From: Ktedonobacterales bacterium
GTDB taxonomy: Bacteria; Chloroflexota; Ktedonobacteria; Ktedonobacterales; JADMIN01
DNA length: 64,000 bases
Direction: 5' to 3'
Assembly: GCA_035716045.1 (NCBI GenBank)
Contig: DASTKI010000057.1
Location: 12,677-76,676 of the forward strand
Part shown: positions 18,117-25,999 of the stretch, one piece after another
Numbering within the stretch: position 1 is the first letter of the stretch
Layout: each line of letters opens with the position of its first letter
Notes under the pieces: generated by a model
Seen by the model: the letters and a program-made list of their open reading frames with translations, nothing else
Database searches by the model: none
Told to the model about the DNA's origin: nothing
Position numbers and translations under genes: made by a program

Positions 18117-19219
18117 TCTACCGCCGGGCGATACGGCCTCTGTTCTTTGGCGTCGCGGGGCGGGACGCGGAGAACATCCACGAGCGGGTGCTGGGCGGGC
18201 TGGAATGGGTCTCGCGCTCGGCGGCGCTGACGCGGGCGGTGGCGCTGGCGATGAATCTGGCGGCTGGCGAACAGCCGCGCGGGATGGAGCGCGAGGTCTT
18301 CGGACTGCGCTTCCCCAATCCCATTGGGCTGGCGGCTGGCTTCGACAAGAACGCGGTGGCGGTTCCCGCGCTGGCCGCGCTGGGGTTTGGGTTCGTGGAG
18401 GTCGGCACTGTCACGCTGCATGCGCAGCCGGGCAATCCGCGCCCACGCCTGTTCCGGCTGGTATCGGATGAGGCGCTGATCAACCGCATGGGCTTCAACA
18501 ATGAGGGGGCCGAGGCGGTGGCGTGGCGGCTTTCGCGCGCGCGTCTGGGCGGCGTACCGGTGGGGATTAGCTTGGGCAAATCGAAGGTCACGCCGCTGGA
18601 CGAGGCGGTCGAGGACTACCTGGGATCGCTGGACTTGCTCTATCCCCACGGTGACTACTTCGCGGTCAACATCAGCTCGCCAAATACGCCGGGGCTACGC
18701 GCGTTGCAGGAGCGCGAGCGGCTGGACGCGCTGGTGGCGGCGCTGGTGGGACGGCTGCGCCAGCGCGCGGCGAAGGATGGCCGCGCGGCGCCGAAGCCGC
18801 TGCTGGTGAAGGTGGCGCCCGACCTGGAGGATAGCGCTCTGGACGATGTGGTGGAGGTCTGTCTGGACCGGGGGGCGAGCGGATTGATCGCGGTCAACAC
18901 GACCATCGCGCGCGACGCGCTGAGTGCCTGGGTTCCGCGCACGCTCGCGGAGCAGACCGGCGGGCTGAGCGGGCGGCCTCTGCATATGCGGGCGGTGGAG
19001 GTGACGCGGCGGCTGAGTCAGCGCGCGGGCGAGCGATTGCCGATCATCGGCTGCGGCGGCGTCTTCACCGCCGACGACGCGCGCCGTCTCTTCGACGCGG
19101 GCGCGCGCCTGATCCAGCTCTATACCAGCTTCATCTACGAAGGGCCTACCATCGCCCGCCACCTGAATCGCGCGCTGGCGAGCCAGCGGAAGCCCGTGCG
19201 GATCGCGGCTCTGGTGTGA
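18113..19219 (+). CDS. pyrD: Dihydroorotate dehydrogenase (quinone), class 2
   Basis: [13 protein letters not shown]-terminus, [41 protein letters not shown] and IGCGGV motifs. Confidence 0.9.
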   Translation: MIYRRAIRPLFFGVAGRDAENIHERVLGGLEWVSRSAALTRAVALAMNLAAGEQPRGMEREVFGLRFPNPIGLAAGFDKNAVAVPALAALGFGFVEVGTVTLHAQPGNPRPRLFRLVSDEALINRMGFNNEGAEAVAWRLSRARLGGVPVGISLGKSKVTPLDEAVEDYLGSLDLLYPHGDYFAVNISSPNTPGLRALQERERLDALVAALVGRLRQRAAKDGRAAPKPLLVKVAPDLEDSALDDVVEVCLDRGASGLIAVNTTIARDALSAWVPRTLAEQTGGLSGRPLHMRAVEVTRRLSQRAGERLPIIGCGGVFTADDARRLFDAGARLIQLYTSFIYEGPTIARHLNRALASQRKPVRIAALV

Positions 19220-19254
19220 GGGCGAGACGATTGTGCTGTAAAGGAGCGGCCGGC

Positions 19255-19524
19255 ATGAGCGACGGTGGCACAGTGGATGACAACAGATTGCATGCGGCTG
19301 TGTTTCCTTGCCCCGGCTGTGGCGAGCCGCTGTTTCGCGTTGACCTCTCACCCATGGCTGACGAGTATCACTTCTACTGCGATCAGTGCGCTAACCGCGT
19401 TGATGTCAGCTATTACGACACTGTAACACTGGCTATTGACCATATCCTCGCCGACAGGGGCGATACCGAACCTGGTTGGGAGCGTGGACAAGCCAAACGG
19501 CGGATGATCGAGGAGCGACTGTGA
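19255..19524 (+). CDS. Small zinc-ribbon-like hypothetical protein
   Basis: AAGGAG RBS 8 nt upstream of the ATG. CPGC...CDQC Cys pairs are present. Downstream sequence in two other frames still reads protein-like (see findings). Confidence 0.5.
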   Translation: MSDGGTVDDNRLHAAVFPCPGCGEPLFRVDLSPMADEYHFYCDQCANRVDVSYYDTVTLAIDHILADRGDTEPGWERGQAKRRMIEERL

Positions 19525-19806
19525 CCGTGCTCCTGTGGTGGAAGCTATCGCGACGATGCCCGTTTTGTCTTGCGGTGGCGGTCGCTGACGATCCGGGCGG
19601 CGTGGACCTGTGGCCCGGGTATATGTGGGATGAAGAGGACGCGACCTGACTCCTGAGGACGTCAAGCTCACAGAAGAGTACTTCGCCTTGCATGTTCGAC
19701 AGCGCGACATCTGGCGAGATGGCGTGAGCGGCGGCACGATACAGCTAATATGATGAGCCACCCACCATGTCATCGTGATGCGGTACTTGGCGTAAGGCGC
19801 GGGCGC

Positions 19807-19868
19807 GTCTACAGCACAATCGTCCAGTCGGGGGAGAGCGTGTAGGGGACGAGGCGGATGCTGTGGAA
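19807..19868. repeat. 62-bp direct repeat, copy A (orphan 3'-end fragment of a paralog of gene 20887..21384)
   Basis: 57/62 identical to 20885-20946. On the minus strand it encodes ...FHSIRLVPYTLSPDWTIVL*, versus ...FLSIRLVPYKLSPDWTIVP* at the end of the intact gene. Confidence 0.9.
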
Positions 19869-20208
19869 TCTTGAGCGTCTTTCTACAGAGCCCTTGGTTT
19901 CGAGGAGACATACCGTATGCCCGCCGATGGCGCAGCCGAGCATGCCGACGCACGAGCTCTCGATCTGGCACTCGGCGTCTCCTCTGAACGCGGCGCGAGA
20001 GGTTCACGAGGCGCACGCGCCCAGCGAGGGCAAGGCCGCGCACATACGCCTGTGGTGTGATGACGTAGACAGCGCCTTTGAAAAGGCGCCGCAGGTCGGC
20101 GCTCGCTCCGTCCGAGGGCCGTACGACTTTCAGGGTGGGCGGCTTCGAGACGGATGGGCGCTCGACCTTGCGTGCAACCTAGTCGAGGTCGTGCGGCAGT
20201 TGTGGTGA
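19858..20208 (+). pseudogene. VOC (glyoxalase/bleomycin-resistance fold) family remnant, probably N-terminally truncated
   Basis: The C-terminal half looks VOC-like (AHIRLWCDDVDSAFEKAPQVGARSVRGPYDFQGGRLRDGWALDLACNLVEVV). The N-terminal part does not, and it abuts repeat copy A. Confidence 0.4.
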
Positions 20209-20373
20209 TAGGTGGCGTCAGCCCCACGAAAACCAAATGGCGCGCAAGTTGCGATTTACCTCGCCATGTGGGTCGCACTGGACGCGCGAGCGCTTCGCCC
20301 AGCCTGGGGGTGGCGAAGGAGCCTGCCCGGCCCTGTGGCGATGCGAAGACATGAAAGAGGAGATGGATCCACC

Positions 20374-20622
20374 ATGGACACAGACCGCGACAACGATACT
20401 GACCTGGGCGCCCGGGGAGAAAAGAACCAGGTGAAGGGTAACCTGGAGCAGGCGGCGGGCAAGGTGCAAGAGGGCTTCGGCAAGCTGACCGGCCAGGAGG
20501 ACGAGGAGATGAAAGGCCGCGCCCGGCAGATGAAGGGCAAGGCTCAGAACCTGGGCGGGCGCGTGGAGGAAAGCGCCGACGACATGCTCGACAACGTGCG
20601 GGGCGACGACAGGGACGAGTAG
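20374..20622 (+). CDS. CsbD-family general stress protein
   Basis: GEKNQVKGNLEQAAGKVQEGFGKLTGQEDEEMKGRARQMKGKAQ is a classic CsbD repeat pattern. An AAAGAGGAG RBS lies upstream of the ATG at 20374. Confidence 0.8.
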   Translation: MDTDRDNDTDLGARGEKNQVKGNLEQAAGKVQEGFGKLTGQEDEEMKGRARQMKGKAQNLGGRVEESADDMLDNVRGDDRDE

Positions 20623-20884
20623 CCGCGTCTATCGTGGCATAGCCCAACGCCAGCTCGGAATAGGCGAAATGCCTTCAGTGGGGATACCGATGCGGTTTAT
20701 CACAAGCCATCAATCCCCAACTGGAGGCATTGTAGATGAGGGCGACTCGACCTGTTCTGCTCGGTGGGTACGCTTGGGCAAGTGCTCTCGCGTGAGCGAT
20801 GAGATGTCCCGCAGCCTTGCGGTGGGGCATGACGTAGGTTTCTATGAGCGCCTACATCATGTTGGCGATCAGGCGGCAGCGCAG

Positions 20885-20946
20885 GTCTACGGCACGATCG
20901 TCCAGTCGGGGGAGAGCTTGTAGGGGACGAGACGGATGCTGAGGAA
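20885..20946. repeat. 62-bp direct repeat, copy B (3' end of the intact gene 20887..21384)
   Basis: See copy A. The two copies are 1,078 bp apart in direct orientation. Confidence 0.9.
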
Positions 20947-21384
20947 CTTGCCGTTGTGATAGTTGACCTCGCCGGATGGCGCCAGCGGCTCGTAGGTGTT
21001 CTCGATCTGGACGATGCGGCGCGCGGGGAGGTTGTAGAGCACGACGCCGGAGCGCACCGGGCGCAGGCTGGCCTCGCGCGTGATGGGGTCGAGCACGCGG
21101 AAGACAGGCGTGTTGCGCGGCGCCAGGGATTCTAGCTGCTGATGGATGGCGCTGAGGTCGCTGGGAAGGTTGTGCTCGTCGAAGACCGCCAGGCCGTTGA
21201 GGACCTTGTCTCGTAGCGCCTTGTCGAAGCGGGTGGAGGCGTCGAGTAGCTCGCGCAGGCTCGTGGGGTTGCTGGCGCAGGCTCCGGCGAGCGCCACCGC
21301 GGCGGAGGCGTGCGCGATGAAGCTGACCGTCCCTTCGCTGTCTACAACGGTCAGGCGGATATCATCCAGCTTCACGATGTCCAT
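20887..21384 (-). CDS. Hypothetical protein (165 aa), no recognisable family
   Basis: Clean ORF with balanced composition and an ATG start (MDIVKLDDIRLTVVDSEG). The conserved paralogous C-terminal fragment elsewhere supports a real coding sequence. Confidence 0.6.
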   Translation of the reverse strand: MDIVKLDDIRLTVVDSEGTVSFIAHASAAVALAGACASNPTSLRELLDASTRFDKALRDKVLNGLAVFDEHNLPSDLSAIHQQLESLAPRNTPVFRVLDPITREASLRPVRSGVVLYNLPARRIVQIENTYEPLAPSGEVNYHNGKFLSIRLVPYKLSPDWTIVP

Positions 21385-21414
21385 CGGCGCGCCTCTCTGT
21401 ATTGGCTGACTCGC

Positions 21415-21584
21415 CCGGCCATGAATGATTGGGACACGCGAACGGCGGCATGAATGCCAGGCAGGATAGCGGCCCGCCTGGAGCGAGCGAGGGATTTATC
21501 CCCCTTTGTACCGTGCGCCGGCCATTGCTGGCCGCGCAGCTACTCGTACCGTTCGTACCGTGCGCCGGCCATTCATGGCCGCGC
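21415..21584. repeat. Cluster of four REP-like units, the same family as 2727-2802
   Basis: Unit 21415-21427 is ccggccatgaatg and unit 21447-21458 is ggcatgaatgcc. Units 21508-21537 (gtaccgtgcgccggccattgctggccgcgc) and 21555-21584 (gtaccgtgcgccggccattcatggccgcgc) differ from each other at 2 of 30 positions. The last unit is the reverse complement of 2727-2753 with one mismatch. Confidence 0.85.
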
Positions 21585-21594
21585 TGACGAACGC

Positions 21595-21633
21595 GCCTGA
21601 ACCCGCGCGGGCTAGCCTGAGGCGGGTTCAGGC
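21595..21633 (-). terminator. 12-bp stem-loop immediately downstream of plsX (end of the minus-strand operon)
   Basis: gcctgaacccgc (21595-21606) pairs with gcgggttcaggc (21622-21633) around a 15-nt loop. It lies 24 nt beyond the plsX stop on the minus strand. Confidence 0.6.
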
Positions 21634-21656
21634 GGAGCGACTATGGGAACTGGCCG

Positions 21657-22745
21657 TCAGTTGGCGGGTATCGTGGCCCCCATCTTCTGAATGCTCGCGG
21701 CAATGCTGGCGGGCAAGTCGGTTTGGGCGGCCTGGCGGGCGACGCGAATGGCGTTCTTGATCGCCTTGGCGTGCGAGCTGCCATGGCAGATGACACTGAC
21801 GCCGTTGACGCCTAGTATCGGCACGCCACCATACTCTTCATAGTCGAGCTGCTTGCGCACGCGGTCGAAAGCGGGCTTGGCGAGCAAGGCGCCAACGCTG
21901 GTGAGCGGACCGGCGGTCAGTTCCTTCCTGATCGTCTGGAGCAGCATCTTGCTTAGGCCCTCGGCGAATTTGAGCACCACGTTGCCGACGAAGCCGTCGC
22001 AGACAACGACATCCACGTTTCCGGCGTTGATGTCGCGCCCCTCGACGTTGCCGATGAAGTTGAGCCCCACGTTCGGCGCGGCGGCCTTGATGAGCTGATG
22101 CGCCTCCTGGGTGAGCTGGTCGCCCTTGCTCTCCTCCTCGCCATTGGCCAGCAGGCCCACGCGGGGAGATGTGACGCCGAAGATGGCGGACTGGTGCGCG
22201 GCGCCCATGAGCGCGAACTGGAGCAGCCACTGCGGCTTGCAGTCGGTGTTGGCGCCAATGTCGAGCACCATCACCTGCTTGCTGCCCGCCGCTGGCAGGA
22301 CGGCTCCGAACGCCGGGCGGTCCACGCCCTTGGTGCGGCGGAGAGTGAACATGGCGGCGGCCATCACCGCGCCGCTGTTGCCGGCGGAGACAGCGCCGAT
22401 GGCCTTGCCGTCGCGCACGAGCTCCTGGCAGACGGTGATGCTGTTGCGGCGCTTGGAGCGTACAGCCTCGGCTGGGTGCTCCTCCATGCCGATGACCTCG
22501 TCGGTGTGGACGATGGTCAGATCAAGGCCGGTGACGTCGTATTTGGCCAACTCGGCCTTGATAAGCGGCTCAGGGCCGACCAGAATCACGCCCGCGTTGA
22601 GTTCACCCGCCGCCTCCACCGCGCCCTTGACGATTTCGGCTGGCGCGTGATCGCCACCCATCGCGTCGAGCGCCACACGGTTCGCCGCGTCGCTATCCAG
22701 CGCCCGCCCTGCCGGGGCAGGCTCGCGCTCGCCCATCTCCGCCAC
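21657..22745 (-). CDS. plsX: Phosphate acyltransferase PlsX
   Basis: RVALDAMGGDHAP, GNSGAVMAA, DIGANTDCKP and VICHGSSHAKAIKNAI motifs. Confidence 0.9.
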   Translation of the reverse strand: MAEMGEREPAPAGRALDSDAANRVALDAMGGDHAPAEIVKGAVEAAGELNAGVILVGPEPLIKAELAKYDVTGLDLTIVHTDEVIGMEEHPAEAVRSKRRNSITVCQELVRDGKAIGAVSAGNSGAVMAAAMFTLRRTKGVDRPAFGAVLPAAGSKQVMVLDIGANTDCKPQWLLQFALMGAAHQSAIFGVTSPRVGLLANGEEESKGDQLTQEAHQLIKAAAPNVGLNFIGNVEGRDINAGNVDVVVCDGFVGNVVLKFAEGLSKMLLQTIRKELTAGPLTSVGALLAKPAFDRVRKQLDYEEYGGVPILGVNGVSVICHGSSHAKAIKNAIRVARQAAQTDLPASIAASIQKMGATIPAN

Positions 22746-22793
22746 GCCATGCTCCCTTCGCGACTCTCAACTTGCCCGGCGTCGAGCAAGCGC

Positions 22794-23165
22794 TCAGCGT
22801 TCTCCGATGGCGCCCTTGATGAGCGCCACCAGCTTATCGTAATCGAACGGCTTGGTCACGATCTCGACGACGCCCAGCTTGCGATAGTGCTCCTCCTGCT
22901 GCTTGGCCTCGTGCATTGCTGTGACCACGATCACCGGAATGTCGCGGGTAGCGGGATTCATCTGGAGCAGGCGCAACTCGTCCTCGCCTTCCAGATAGGG
23001 CATCATCAGGTCGAGCAGGATGAGGTCTGGCTGATACTCCATGACCGCGTCATAAAACCGAAGGGCCTGAGTGATCTTGTGAGTCTCATACCCCTCTGAC
23101 TCAAGCGATTGCCGCAGAAGCTCGGCGATGGCGACATCGTCATCCGCGACGAGGATCTTCTTCAT
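22794..23165 (-). CDS. Single-domain CheY-like response regulator
   Basis: MKKILVADDD...PDLILLDLMMP...VIVVTAM...KPFD, 123 aa with no output domain. Confidence 0.85.
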   Translation of the reverse strand: MKKILVADDDVAIAELLRQSLESEGYETHKITQALRFYDAVMEYQPDLILLDLMMPYLEGEDELRLLQMNPATRDIPVIVVTAMHEAKQQEEHYRKLGVVEIVTKPFDYDKLVALIKGAIGER

Positions 23166-23288
23166 CGAGCGCTCTCAATTCCCTTGCGCATGTCTCTATG
23201 GCGCATGTTCGCAGCATATCCCGCATTGTACATCGGGCGCGCGTAGCGCGTCCATGCGCTGGGAATCATGGACTCTTCGGCGGTTGTG

Positions 23289-23945
23289 TCAAGCGAGCGC
23301 CGCTCGGAGGGCGGCGATGCCCGCGGCGACGCCACCAGGAGCGCCGTAAATGGCGGAGCCGGAAACCAGGACATTCGCGCCCGCGCGCACGACATTGGGG
23401 GCGGTCTCTGGCGCGATGCCGCCGTCCACCTCCAGGTCACAGATGGCGCCGCGCTGCTGGATCATGGCGCGCAGGCGCTCGATCTTGGTGAGCGCCTCAG
23501 GGATGAAGCGCTGGCCGCCGAAGCCTGGATTGACTGTCATGCAGAGCGCCAGATCTATGTCGTTGAGGACCTCCTGAAGCGTGACGAGCGGCGTGCCGGG
23601 GTTGATGGCGACGCCAGCCCGCTTGCCCAGCCCGTGGATCTGCTGGACCGTGCGGAGGAGATGGGGCGAGACTTCTTGATGGACGATGATGAGGTCGGCT
23701 CCGGCGTCGGCGAAGTCTTCGAGGTAGCGCTCCGGCTCGATGATCATCAGGTGCGCCTCGATGGGCAGGTTGGTGTGACGGCGCACCGCCTCGACGATGA
23801 GCGGGCCAACGGTGATGTTGGGCACGAAACGCCCATCCATCACATCCACCTGGATGCGGTCAGCCCCGCCTGCCTGCGCCTCCTCGACCTGCTGGCCCAG
23901 GCGGGCGAAGTCGGCGGCGAGGATAGATGGAACGATCAGCGCCAT
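23289..23945 (-). CDS. rpe: Ribulose-phosphate 3-epimerase
   Basis: PSILAADFARLG, IQVDVMDGRFVPN, HLMI, MTVNPGFGGQ and EVDGGI motifs. The start is set at ATG 23945 (MALIVPSIL). Confidence 0.9.
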   Translation of the reverse strand: MALIVPSILAADFARLGQQVEEAQAGGADRIQVDVMDGRFVPNITVGPLIVEAVRRHTNLPIEAHLMIIEPERYLEDFADAGADLIIVHQEVSPHLLRTVQQIHGLGKRAGVAINPGTPLVTLQEVLNDIDLALCMTVNPGFGGQRFIPEALTKIERLRAMIQQRGAICDLEVDGGIAPETAPNVVRAGANVLVSGSAIYGAPGGVAAGIAALRAALA

Positions 23946-23990
23946 GGGGCGATTCTCCTTGTGCGCGCTGGGGCGCGTGATCAACCGGCG

Positions 23991-24764
23991 TCAGGCGGTG
24001 TGGGTCAGCTGCGCGGCGGCGTACTGGTCGAGCAGATAGAGCAGCTCGCCCGAAGGGGCGATGAGCTGCGAAGGATATCGCTCGGGATCGCGCGGGCCTT
24101 CGAGCACCTGGGCCAGCGCGGTGGCCTTGTCGGCGCCGGTGATGACGAAGGCGACGAGGGCGGCGCGGTTGGCCAGGGCGCTCGTGAAGGTGATACGGTT
24201 AGAGTTCAGTTGCGGGACGTGGTTGGCGACCACGAGCCGGTCAGTGGCGCTGAGCGCGGCGGTGTGAGGGAAGAGCGAGAGCGTGTGGCCGTCGGGACCC
24301 ATGCCGGTGTAGATCAGGTCGAAGCGCGGCGCCTCGCCTGGCGCGACGGCGAAGACCGTCCGTAGTTCGTCCTCGTACGCTTGGGCGGCGGCGGCTGGGT
24401 TGTCCTCACCGCGCATGCGGTGGATGTGATCGGGTGGGACGGGAACGGCGTCGAGCAGCGTCGCGCGGGCCATGCGATAGTTGCTGTCGGGGTGATCAGG
24501 CGGCACGCAGCGCTCATCGCCCCAGAAGAACTGGATGCGCGACCAATCTACCTGCTCGCGCAGTGGGCTGGCCGCCAGCATCTGATGGAATAGTCGCGGA
24601 GTGGATCCGCCAGAGAGCGCGACATGGAAGACGCCGCGCTGGGCTTGCGCGTCCGTCGCGCGGGCGACGAAGAGTTCGGCGGCGGCGTGAGCGGCGGCTT
24701 GCGCGTCGGGCAGGACGCGCACTGTGCGGTTGGTGGGCGCTCCCAATGCTCCAGGCGTGTTCAT
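23991..24764 (-). CDS. pgl: 6-phosphogluconolactonase
   Basis: HVALSGGSTP, FFWGDERCVPPDHPDSNY and LIYTGMGPDGHTLSLFP motifs. The ATG overlaps the opcA stop (TGATG). Confidence 0.9.
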   Translation of the reverse strand: MNTPGALGAPTNRTVRVLPDAQAAAHAAAELFVARATDAQAQRGVFHVALSGGSTPRLFHQMLAASPLREQVDWSRIQFFWGDERCVPPDHPDSNYRMARATLLDAVPVPPDHIHRMRGEDNPAAAAQAYEDELRTVFAVAPGEAPRFDLIYTGMGPDGHTLSLFPHTAALSATDRLVVANHVPQLNSNRITFTSALANRAALVAFVITGADKATALAQVLEGPRDPERYPSQLIAPSGELLYLLDQYAAAQLTHTA

Positions 24765-25999
24765 CAGAGCGATCTCCGGGCGGGCGCACCCAAGAGCTGA
24801 GCGGCGAGCGCGAGCGATTCCTCGAAGACCACGTCATGACCGACGCGCTGAAGCTCAGCGCCAAGCGACGCGGACTCACCCAGGGATGGCATGTGGATGG
24901 TGTGGGACGGCATGGAGACCTGCGGCGCTTGGCAGCTCGTCGAGACGTGACGCAGGTCCTGAGTCTCGCGGGCGACGGAGAAGGTTGCCGCGGAGCCATT
25001 GATTTGCGAGCGCAGATAGACGGACATCAGCGCGCCCGGTCCGACCGCCTGGCCATCTGGATCATGCTGGGAGAGGTCGAGCCAGGGGACCAGCGGCGTC
25101 CCGTAGCGCGGGCTGATCTCCAGCGCGATTTTGCGTCCCGATAGGTCGCGCAGCGTATGATCGCGTCCACCCTCTACCAGCTGGCTGGGCGCGCCGCCAA
25201 CGATCGTCCAATCGAGCCGTGAGGCGAGCCAGCCGGCGAACAGGTAGGCCTGCGAGGCGTTGGAATGCTGATTGAACTCGCCCGCCGCGTACTCGATAGA
25301 CAGGCGATCTATGTTGTAGAGGTAGGGGAGCAGCTCGCTGGAGTCGAAGAACTGCGCGACGAGCTCGCGCCAGGGATTGAGCCGCGCGAAGCTGAAGTTG
25401 GTGATGGCGCAGCTGGCTTTCTTGCGGCGCACGACATCATCGAGCGACACGAGCGCCTGGTCTGAGCGCCGCATCTCGCAAGTGTCCACGAGCAGGCGGT
25501 CGAAGCCGTCAATCGTGGCCTCGAAGAGTGGCGTATGCCAGGGCGGCTCACCCTGCCACCAGAGGAAGGCAGGCAGCCCGGAGAGAATCAGCGGCAGAAT
25601 GGCGCCCGCCAGATGCTCTGAAGCGCTTGGCGTGGCGCGCAGGACGATCTCCTCGCCATAGCTCATGTTGCCGCCCATGCCTTCAGCGCGGGTCTGAATG
25701 TAGGCTTCGAGCGGCTTGCTTTTCTCTCCATCCTGGAGTGGAGCGATAACGACGCAGCGGGATGGGGACTGATTGGTCAGCGCGCGCACGGCTGCCAGCG
25801 CGCGCTGCGCCTGCGCGTCGGTGTCGCTGTAGATCACGAGCGTCAGCACGCTCGTGCGGGCGGCCGCCTGACCGCCACCGGCGAGCGCCCGCGCATTGGC
25901 GACGCGCCAGTCGTTGTCGAGTTCTGCCTCTATCGTACTGGGCTCCACCTGCCGCATGGCTGTGGTCAGCCCCTCGGTCTCAGTCATAACCGCCTCCAC
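24764..25999 (-). CDS. opcA: Glucose-6-phosphate dehydrogenase assembly protein OpcA
   Basis: Positioned directly after zwf with a 16-nt overlap. The length and LVIYSD...CVVI...LPAFLWWQGEPPW pattern are typical of OpcA. Confidence 0.8.
   Translation of the reverse strand: MEAVMTETEGLTTAMRQVEPSTIEAELDNDWRVANARALAGGGQAAARTSVLTLVIYSDTDAQAQRALAAVRALTNQSPSRCVVIAPLQDGEKSKPLEAYIQTRAEGMGGNMSYGEEIVLRATPSASEHLAGAILPLILSGLPAFLWWQGEPPWHTPLFEATIDGFDRLLVDTCEMRRSDQALVSLDDVVRRKKASCAITNFSFARLNPWRELVAQFFDSSELLPYLYNIDRLSIEYAAGEFNQHSNASQAYLFAGWLASRLDWTIVGGAPSQLVEGGRDHTLRDLSGRKIALEISPRYGTPLVPWLDLSQHDPDGQAVGPGALMSVYLRSQINGSAATFSVARETQDLRHVSTSCQAPQVSMPSHTIHMPSLGESASLGAELQRVGHDVVFEESLALAAQLLGAPARRSL

Noticed and set aside
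20669-20923. 84-aa plus-strand ORF between csbD and gene 20887..21384
   Set aside because: It overlaps the 3' end of the minus-strand gene and repeat copy B. It has no RBS and no recognisable features.
22098-24365. Plus-strand ORFs of 333 and 365 aa opposite plsX, the CheY-like gene, rpe and pgl
   Set aside because: They are antisense to genes with strong family signatures, and their composition is low-complexity.
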